Made by a program: the position numbers and the translations under genes
In this document: in pieces, positions 35,940-44,965 of the stretch
How positions within the stretch are numbered: the stretch's first letter is position 1
How the letters are laid out: each line of letters opens with the position of its first letter
Source of the DNA: Peribolospora baueri
Taxonomy: Eukaryota
Length of the DNA: 44,965 nucleotides
Direction: 5' to 3'
Assembly (NCBI GenBank): GCA_029717555.1
Contig: JAMDHS010000004.1
Span: 434,001 to 478,965, forward strand
The notes under the pieces: generated by a model
Databases searched by the model: none
Seen by the model: only the letters and a program-made list of their open reading frames with translations
What the model was told of the DNA's origin: nothing

Positions 35940-37073
35940 TGCGCACATGACCCATGTATAAACGGACGTCACTGGCCTCGGCGCACGCGCGCTCCGGAGC
36001 CTCTTTCTTCGTCGTCCGTCTTAGGTCCGCGGTGCTCCCTGTCTGCCACCTTTGACAGATACGCGACGCAAGCCAGCGAGCCAGCCAGCGCGCGACGATA
36101 CGTTGTTGGCATGCTCGCCCGTCCGCCCGCCGGACGGACGGGACCGGACGAGACCAGATCAGACCAGTCCAGTCGAGTCCAAGCCAGTCCAGAAGGCGCG
36201 GCCGGGCTGGCTCCGGCTCTGGCGATAGATGGATGGATGGATAGATGGATGGAGGCTTATGCGCCTCGGACGACGGGGCGACGGGTGGCGGCGCCGGGAA
36301 CGGGAACGAGAACAAGAAGGGACAGGCGAACTACAGTACATGGCTTACATCTTCCTTCGGATGCGGAGATGCGGACCCTGAAAGGAGGGGTGTGGTAAAA
36401 GCGGGAGCAAGAGAGCGCGAGCGGACGAGCGGGCGATCGGGAGACCGTCGATCAAGGTTTGTACGACCCGCGTCTGCTGTCCGTCCGGTCGCCTGGATGG
36501 CTTCGTTGCCGGTGCGGAGGCAAGCCAAGCCAGGCGAGGCCAAGCGAGGCGACGGTTGCGCTGCGCTGTGTGGTGTGTCCGTTGGTTGGTTTAAAAAAGT
36601 GGCCGGTGCGAAGTGGGAGTGGAGTACGGACGGAAGGACGGGTGGAAGGATGTACGGAAGAAGCCGCCGGGGCCTGCTTAGGCCCTCCTTCCTTCCGTCC
36701 CTCCTCCCTCCCTCCCCTTTCTTTGTCAGCCTGGATTGGATTAGATTCCGGATGGATGGATGTTGCACAGCAAAAACGGCATCGTATCGTGACATGGCGC
36801 AGATCGTCCCCAACCAACGCTCTCCAGAAGATCTACTAACGGCCGGCCGACGCTCCAACGCCCCGGTCCGAATGGAAACGGGGGCCAACCCGTATGCCAT
36901 CGTAACCTAAATTCGTCTGTCTGGCGTTCGTACTACCTGCCTGCCTGTTTGCCTTGATTTCGAGCGACGACCGCCCACCGTCCGTCCGTTGTCGTGGATA
37001 CGAGCCGTCGGAGCATGTGACGACCCGATCCATCTCGCTGGGCGCGACGCAAGCGCATGGGCTACGTATTACG

Positions 37074-37122
<49 letters not shown>
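37074..37122. repeat. (TAGA)n microsatellite, about 12 copies
   Basis: Read directly from the sequence. Confidence 0.97.
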
Positions 37123-38086
37123 TGGTCTTATGAAAACGTCCGATACATGTAACCCGATCGATCGATCGGCGCCGACGAGCCCGGGCCCTGCCCGCCTGCC
37201 TGCCAGCTTGGGCGGGGCGTGGCTTGCCCCTGGCCTGGCCTGGCCTGGACTGAGCTGACCTGAGCTGACCTTTGGCCGCCGGTCATGGCTCCGACAGCGG
37301 TCATGGCATGACATGACGCACGGCAGGGCCAGCCAATGCGGCGGGCGGGCGGATATAGCTTACGTGGGAGAGACAAGAGGTCGGAGGCGTAGGAGAGGGA
37401 GGGCAGGACGAAGAGGCGGGCGACTGGACTGGACTCGACTGGAGTTGGAGTTGGAGTTGGGACTTGGTTGGGACTGCACCGCGCTGTACTCACTGCCTGC
37501 CTGCAGGCACGAGACCGTCAGTCGATCGGTCGCATACGCCCGTGGTGGACGCACGTCGCCGGCGTCGACGAAGTGACAGGACAGGACGCAACTTGCATTT
37601 GTCTCGCCGCTCGCTCCCCCTGTCTTGTCCTGCCCTGTCCTAGCCTGGCCCTTCCTGGAAATGGCCCTGTCCTGTCACGAGGCTGTGCGGCGTGGAGAAG
37701 GAAGAGGGCGAGAAGGGTGAGTGAGTGAGTAAGTGCGGGCCGCCGGGGCGGATTGAGCGGAGGAGGCGCGAGATAGGGCCGCGAGACGAGTGGAGTGGAG
37801 CGCGGTGTATGGTACGCATGTGCATGTGTGTGTGGTCAGTCACGTCGTCATCGACCACATCCGATTGTCTGTCTGTCTGTCTGTATCTATCTCCTCCCTA
37901 GGCCAGTCCAGTCCGTGAGGTAGGTGAGCTCGCAGGCCGGAGCGATGCGCAGTGGGTGGGCTCGAAAGCGGCTGCGGCTGGGAGTGGTCGGGTGTGCATG
38001 TGACCGGGTGGACGGGCACGTGACGATGACGCAACCCCTAATGCGAAGGAAGGAGGGAAAGAAGGAAATGTCCGTCGGTTGTCCGT

Positions 38087-38088
38087 GT

Positions 38089-38117
<29 letters not shown>
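38087..38117. repeat. (GTCTG)n pentanucleotide repeat, about 6 copies
   Basis: Read directly from the sequence. Confidence 0.93.
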
Positions 38118-38119
<2 letters not shown>

Positions 38120-39176
38120 CGCTCTGGCTGACCAAGATCGGCTGGAGCCGGCTTGGCGACGACGACGACGAACGTACGTAACATTCTACAGTAAGTGGTG
38201 GAGGGAGAAAGAAAAAGAAAGGAACGCGCCGTACGTACGTACGCACGAAGCAGCGTATCAGCCGACCACTGTAGCGCCAGCGTACTCGTCTTCCTTCCGT
38301 CGTCCGCCTGTCCGCTGCAGACTACTGCAACCAACGCAGGCTGCTCGACCGTCTCTGGCTTCTTCCGTCTACGGTCGCGCTTTGTTTTTCTCGTCTCTCT
38401 CGCCCGGCCCGGACTGTATCGTCGATCCATCCATCTATCTATCAGTCAGTCATTCATTCATTCAGTCAGTCAGTCACCAGTCGGTCAGTCAGTCAGTCCG
38501 TCTAGACGATCTATCTGTCTATCCCCTTTTGTCTTTTCTTCCTTCCTCCACCGCACCGCGTCTTTTTTTGCTGCCGCTTTCGATCCCGCCGTCCTATCCA
38601 ATCCAATCCATTCTTCCTTCCGTATCCGCCGGTTGCTATCTACAGTACTGTATCTATCTGCCTGTCTGGTTGTCTGTCTTGCATGTACATGTACAGCAGA
38701 GTAGTGTTAGTGTTGTGCTTGCTGTCCTTGTCTTGTCTGCACTGGAACATGCGACAGACAGACTGACTGCATGCACGCACACACGCCCGCACTCACTGAT
38801 TCTGGCCACTCGCTCACTCCGCCGGCCCGCGATTCGCAGTACCGTCCGTCCGATGCAGGGCGGAGCGTCGGAGAAAGAGGGAAGAGGCGACCGTTCTAAC
38901 GAATTGGCCGTGAGTGGCGGTGTGCATGGCACGGCACGGCACTGCACTGCACATACGGCTCGGTTCGGCCGGTGCATAGGGCCGTTTGTGGTTTGGTTAG
39001 GGAAAAGCGCGTATGTCATGTGCGCACGAACGAGCTGCGAGCAGCTAATAAGGGCCCAAGCAAGCAGCGGAGCGGGGGTTGGTTAGTTAGCTGGCGGCGA
39101 GTAGCCGGTCGGAGCGTGTCTGAGCTGCCGGGGCCTGGCGAGCTGGCTAGCGAGTGGGCCGAGCGGGGTCGCGTTG

Positions 39177-39216
39177 GTAGTGTAGTGTAGTAGTGTAGTG
39201 TAGTGTAGTGTAGTAG
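39177..39216. repeat. (GTAGT)n imperfect pentanucleotide repeat
   Basis: Read directly from the sequence. Confidence 0.9.
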
Positions 39217-39559
39217 AGTAGACTGGCTGGCTGGCTGGCTTGGGCGAAGGAGTGCATGGAGATGATAGAAAGTGTCTACGGCGGATTATCCTTATTATCC
39301 TTATTATCCCATCTCCATCCATCCATAACCCTCCGTCCATATCCATCCCTCCATATCCCTCCATATCTCTCCTCTCTCCGTTCCTCCGACGCCATCTCGA
39401 CCACTTCACCTCGCTCCCAACTCAACCCGACCTCGTCAGTCGAGTCGAGTCCGATTCCGCCGCCGTCCTCCCCCCACGCAGCCGACGTCCCCCTCCATCT
39501 ATCCCCCGACTGCGGCCACCGTCACCCGTCACCGTCACCGTCACCGTCGCCGGCCCGTG

Positions 39560-39561
<2 letters not shown>

Positions 39562-39590
<29 letters not shown>

Positions 39591-39607
39591 GCCAGGCCAG
39601 GCCAGGC
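39562..39607. repeat. Compound (CCAGA)n(CCAGG)n repeat
   Basis: Read directly from the sequence. Confidence 0.93.
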
Positions 39608-39740
39608 CACACCAGACCAACCCAGACCAGATCAGACAGACACCTCTCTTTCCCATTCCTACTTCTGTCCCGACCCCCTTCCTCCCTCCTTCTTCCTCCA
39701 CCTCCACCACCACCACCCTCTTCCTCCCCTCCTCGAGCCC

Positions 39741-39791
39741 ATGGACGCCCACCTGGTCATCGCCGTCGCCCTCACCGTCGCTACCACCTGA
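39741..39791 (+). promoter_or_regulatory. Candidate uORF (MDAHLVIAVALTVATT*) ending 50 nt before the CSL start
   Basis: ATG in CCCATGG context, 17 codons including the stop, out of frame with the main ORF. Confidence 0.45.
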
Positions 39792-39841
39792 GCCACTTGG
39801 CTTGTAGCTTCTTCTTTCGCTTTCCCCTCCACTCGCCCGCC

Positions 39842-42800
39842 ATGGACGCCGACATGTGGAACGGCTCGTTTGTCTTCGCACCCATGCCCATCAACGCCGA
39901 CGCCGGTCCCCCGTCCAACCCCGTCACTCAACCTACCGCCGGCGAGCCCATGGTCTTGACCGACAGCCAGGATTCGTTTGACTCGTCCTCACAACCCTCC
40001 GTCCACTTCCACTCCAACCATTCCCTCCACTCTCTACCCCCCGCTCCCCGCTCCGGCCCCTGGGACTCTGGCGCCCTCTACGCATCCTACCCCGCCGACA
40101 TGGCCGCCCAGGTGCGCTACGACGACGGCTCCCAAGCTCACCACGCCCTCACCCTCTCCGGCCTCGTCCCTCCCTCCTCCTCCACCTCCACGAGGAACGA
40201 CGACAGCGGCACTGCCTATCCCCCAGCCTCGGCCCATTTCCAGTCCCATTCCCCGCATGACCGCCAGGAACACGACCACCATCACCACCACCACCACGTC
40301 GACCCCTCCTCAGACTTGCTCGCCGTCGCCTCCCTTTCCACCCACGTCAAGACAGAGGAAGCCTACGCTTTTGGCTCCCAGCACCACCACGCCTCTTCCT
40401 TCGTCAACGACCCCTCCGACTGCTTCGACACCCCTCACGCAATGCACCGCTCTCGCAAGCCCAATGCGCTCAAGCTCGATGGCGTCAGCTCCTTGTTCAC
40501 CACCGACATGGCCACCGCCACCACCGCCGTCGACAACATCGTCGGCGTCCACCTCCGTCCCACCGCACGACCCACCACCGACACCTCCCCCGACGTCGCC
40601 ACCCCGCACGCCCCCATCCGTTTCGCCTCGCCTCCGTACGCCCAGTCGGCTGCCGACATGGCCCACCACCCCTCCTACGCCAACGACCCTTCGTCGTCCC
40701 TTTACGCCCCCAACGACACCGCCGCCGCCCTCCACCCCAAGCCGCTCCACCACCAGTCCTCCGGCTCCTCCTTCGGACACCATCCCCAGCGCAGCCCGCC
40801 CTCCGTTTCCGTCGCCAGCGCTTCCTTCGCAGCCCAGCCCGGCACCGATTCCTCAGGCCGCTCCCTCCACAGCTCCGCCAGCGCCAGCAGCTTTACCTCC
40901 ACCGCCTCCTCCGCTTCCTCCGCCTACACCGACCAGTCTGTCGAACGACGGCCCTCGACCGGCAGCTTGGGCGGCCAGTCCGATTGGTCGACCCAATCCC
41001 AGGCACCCTACCCGCCCGTCTCCGCCTACCAGGGCCGCGCCTCCAGAGATGGTTACCCCCAGCCTCATTCCTATCAGCTCGCCCCCGCCGCCACCGTCAG
41101 CAGCGGCATCGTCGTTCCCGGACCCGCCGGCCCCGCCCACGCTCACTCTCCCGCCGCGCCCTCCCTCCAGGTCCGCACCTCCTCCGGCGCCCTCCGCGAC
41201 GCCATGGCCTTTGAGCCCGCCGCGTTGGGCGCCGGCCCCCCGGGCGGCCTCTCCCGCGACGGCGGCCACACGCCCACCATCCTCGAAGAGGAAGAGGAGC
41301 ACTCCATGATGGCCGGCGGCGGCATCCTCGGCCAGGGCTACCACCAGCAGCAGTCCCACCACCGCCATCCCCATTCCCTCCTCACCCGCCGCTCCTTCCA
41401 ATCCCCGGCCGCCGCCGCCGGCGCACTCGGTTCCCCCCTGTCCGCCGTCGATCCCTCCTCCCACGCTCACGCCGCCCACCAAGGCACCGGCTACCCGAGC
41501 ATGCAGCAGCAGCTGTCCATGCTCCAACTCGGCGAACGCCATCCCAATCATCCCCATTCCTTCTCCATTCCCCGCGCTCCTCAGCAGCCGCAGCAGCACC
41601 CCCACCCCCACCATCATCATCATCACCACCACCACCTCCACCAATCCCTCCTCCAGCCGCCTAGGAAGGAAGTGCTCGGCGACTGCACGTCCTTCATCGA
41701 TCCTCTGCTTCAACAGTTCCTCGCCGCTCCCAGCAGACTCGGCTACGGCGAGAGGACGGTGATTGTGATGACCAGCAAGGTTGCCCAGAAGAGCTACGGG
41801 ACGGAGAAGCGGTAAGCTTACGAGCCGCGCGCGTTCGTGTGGCCCGACGACGCTGATTTTTTTTTCCCCTCCTTCCCAGCTTCCTTTGTCCACCCCCCAC
41901 CGCTCTCCTCATCGGCTGCAGCTGGTGGTCTGCCACCCAGGAGCAGATTCCTGCCGCTTTCTCCTTCGCCGCCGCCTCTGCCGACCCGAGCCAGCCCCCT
42001 CCGACGCTCCTGTCGCCCCCAAGGCTCAACATCTCCATCAGCGGCGAGCAGCCGTCGCAGGACGGAGCGATCGAGTGGGCGGCCCGGTCGGGTAAGACGC
42101 TGGACATCGGCAACCCGTCTTCAGAGATGGCCATATCGGGACGGTGCGTGGGCAAGCAGCTCTTCATATCCGACGCGGACGAGAAGAGGAAAACCGTCGA
42201 GGCGCTCGTCGGCATCACCGCCCCTGGCCCCGGTCGGCCCGAGCGCAGGTGTCTGGGCGTGTTCCCAAGCAAGCCCATCAAAGTCATCTCCAAGCCTAGC
42301 AAGAAGAGGCAGAGCGCCAAGAATACGGAATGTGAGTCTGAGTCGAGTCAGCGCGATGCGAGTTTGGCCCGACGACGCTGAACGACCGCCGCCGCCGCCG
42401 CCGTCGTCTTCGCAGTGTGCGTCAGCCACGGATCCACGGCGTCGTTCTTTCATCGATTACGCTCCCAGACCGTGTCGACCAGGTACCTCTGCGTCTCCGG
42501 CACGCCCACCTGGTTCCGCGGCTCCGACGGCCAGCCTTTCGACGGCCAGCCCGCCGCCGGCGCCGGCGTCGCCGATAATGCGACCTGCTTCGTCGCAAAG
42601 ACGTCCAGCTGGGACCCGTTCATCATCTGGCTCGTTGACCCGCACAAGCGCGCCGACGTCAGCTCGCCCGCCGCACAACCCCCGATGAAGGGTTACCCGC
42701 CACCGCCGCCCAACGCCTTGCCGCTCCCCGCCGACGGCCACCCGGTGCCCATCCACTACAACCAGCCCATCGTCCTGCAGTGTCTCAGCACGGCGGTGAT

Positions 42801-44118
42801 CAGCCCGATCATGACCATCAGGCGCGTTGACCGCGGGACGAGCGTGCTCGGCGGCTCCTCCGTTCACGGCACCTCGCCCGACGGTACCCCCATCCGCCAC
42901 GAGGCGTACGGCGACCCCGTGTCCCAGCTGCACAAGGTCGCCCTGGAGATTGTCGAGAGGCCGTCCGAATTTCCCACAGTGCCCGCCGACGACGCCGACG
43001 ACGCGTCGCCCGGCCCGAGTGGGCCCTTCCTGGCCTGCATCGGAGAGTCGGTCGGCATGCACCGGCCGTCGGACGCGCGCAGGTGGCTCCCTTCCCGCTT
43101 CGCCAGCGGCTCTTCCACGCCCACCACGCCCGTCACGCCCATGACCGGCTTCAACCTGGGGCCCGACTTGCCTGTCCCTGGCAGCGCGAGCCCTGCCTCG
43201 TCGGCTGCAGCGTACGCCGCCGCGCAGACGCAGTACTCGCTCTCTCAGCCCCGTACGCCAATCCTCTCCCCCACCTCGTCCTCCTCGTCCTCCCATCATA
43301 CTCTCCCCGACCAGCCGCAGCAGCAGCAGCAGCCGCCCGGCTCGTCGGACGGAGGAAAGGTCAGGCGACCCCGCCGCGTCTCCTCCGTCGTCCTATCCGG
43401 CGCGGGGAAAGCGCCCCTTTCGGCGGCGCAAAAGTGCCGCCGAAGGGGCAGCTCGTTGAGCGTGGTGAACGCGATGCAGAACCAAACCGACTCGGAGTTT
43501 TTGAGAAAGGCCAACATGCTTGCCAACTCGGTTACTGCTCCCGGCGAGATTGGCATCGGTATTGGCTCGTCGCAGGGAAGTTCGTGGGCCGTCGAGGGAG
43601 GCGATTCGGCGGTGTGGACTATCGTTGGCACCGGTGAGTGAGGAAGGGTCCGGGAAGGGGAGGGGACACCTTGGAGAATGACCGTTTAGAGATGGTTGGT
43701 CTGATTTTCTTTTTCCTGCCCCGCCGCAGATCAAGTCAAATACACCTTCTACGTCCCCGCCATGACCGCTGGAGGCATATACCCGAACCCGACGATCCCC
43801 GTCGGCAGCATCTCGCCCCTCATCAGCACCCCGGCGCCCGTCGCACCCGTCACGCCGGTGCCCGTCATCAACAGGGTCGTCCCGCCCACGGCCGGCGGCC
43901 CGTCAGGCATGGTCACCCTCCTCGGCGACAACTTGTCCGACGCCTATATGGTCTACTTTGGCGATTGGCGGAGCCCGCAGATGGAGGTGCGCGGGCAAGA
44001 AGCGATTGTTTGCGTTCCCCCGCCGCCTGTCGTTGCCGACCAGCAGGAGAGCAGGCGGCCGGTCTTGCTGGTGCGCAACGATGGCGTCATTTTCGCCTCT
44101 GAACATTATTACCCGTGA
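39842..44118 (+). CDS. CSL (CBF1/Su(H)/LAG-1) family transcription factor; exons 39842-41811, 41880-42331, 42416-43633, 43730-44118
   Basis: SKVAQKSYGTEKR|FLCPPP; CVGKQLFISDADEKRK; FPSKPIKVISKPSKKRQS; FFHRLRSQTVSTRYL; WDPFII; IHYNQPIVLQC; DPVSQLHKVA; WTIVGT; C-terminal TIG-like GDNL..VYFGDW..LLVRNDGVIF. Long His/Ser/Pro-rich N-terminus typical of fungal CSL. Start codon inferred. Confidence 0.95.
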
Positions 44119-44889
44119 AAAGTCTCGTCTTTTCGTCCTCGATCGTCTTCTTTTCTTTCTTTCTTTCTTTCTGCCACGCCCCGCCCGCGCCGTCAGTCTC
44201 GTACCGCCTCGTCTCGGTCTTGTTTCCCTCCCTCCAAGCGCACTCGTCCCTCGCTCGCCGCGTTCGTAGCCCCTTTGACTTGCCTTCCCCCCCTTCGCAC
44301 GCCCAAGACAGCACGCGTTCGTTCGTCCCCTTGTCGCCGCCGTCGTCAGTCCCTCCACGGGGCCCTCCTCACCGAGGTCGGCTCCTTTCTTCGTCCTTCC
44401 TCGTTCCTCCTCTTTCTTACGTTTCGTCTCCTCTTTCTTACGTCTCACTTCTCACGTCCCCTCTCACGTCGTTTCTGCTCGTCACGCCCGCTTCCCTCTG
44501 CGCTCCCCCGCTCCGCCGTGCACCGCCCGCCTCTGTCCGCCGCCGTCCGCCCGTCCGTCGTCCCCTTGGTCTTCTTCACCGGCTGACACCGCGCGCGCGG
44601 TGTCGGCCGGGGTAGGTCACCCGTGCGCGTCCCTCCATCCCTCGTTCGTTCGTTCGTTCCTCCTCCCCTTTCTCGAGAAAATGGGAACAAACCTCTCTCG
44701 CGGGCGCCCCGCGTCGTCTCGTTTCGTCGATACCGTACCGTTCGTTCGCTCGTCTTGCGCCGTTCGTCCACTTTCCATCTTCCCCATTGTACAGTCAGTC
44801 TTGTCAGTCAAAGTCCGGTCGAATGGATGGATACCAGATCTAATCGAGGTGACCTGTTTGCCGTCCGCTATTATTCGTCGTCCAAGGTT

Positions 44890-44890
44890 C

Positions 44891-44965
<75 letters not shown>
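44890..44965. repeat. (TTTTC)n running into a long poly-T at the window end
   Basis: Read directly from the sequence; possibly a contig end. Confidence 0.9.

Noticed and set aside
34864..39086. ORFs of 200-340 aa upstream of CSL
   Set aside because: They translate microsatellites (YLSI, PDQTR repeats) and show no domain or coherent splice model.
39978..43299. Long alternative-frame and antisense ORFs over CSL (443, 346, 280 aa)
   Set aside because: Shadow ORFs caused by high GC and codon bias.
44890..44965. Poly-T as the tail of a minus-strand retroelement or retrogene
   Set aside because: The body would lie outside the window; it cannot be distinguished from a low-complexity tract or contig end.

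Overview
Eukaryotic, GC-rich, intron-dense DNA, most likely from a basidiomycete fungus (short GTRAG...YAG introns and fungal-type genes; exact taxon not determinable). Hand-spliced genes, left to right: end of an unknown ORF, GST-like gene (-), METTL7-like methyltransferase (-), SPF31/DNAJC8 (+), RMI1 (-), a 94-aa single-TM gene with micro-exons (-) head-to-head with PEX39 (+), a frameshifted Mx-like dynamin (-), STM1 (-), a 927-aa orphan (-), DIS3/RRP44 (+), and a CSL transcription factor (+) behind about 5.3 kb of microsatellite-rich DNA. The most unusual part is an accessory island (about 15.4-24.5 kb) between the convergent PEX39 and STM1 genes. It holds the broken dynamin, an intron-retaining UGA1 fragment, and remnants of a Zn-ribbon plus UL9/CyRepA1-like origin-binding SF2 helicase gene in two tail-to-tail pieces. 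These pieces are joined by a 370-bp-arm palindrome with a templated 42-bp spacer. This may be the relic of a virus/plasmid-like DNA replicon. All assignments come from motif recognition by eye; no searches were run.
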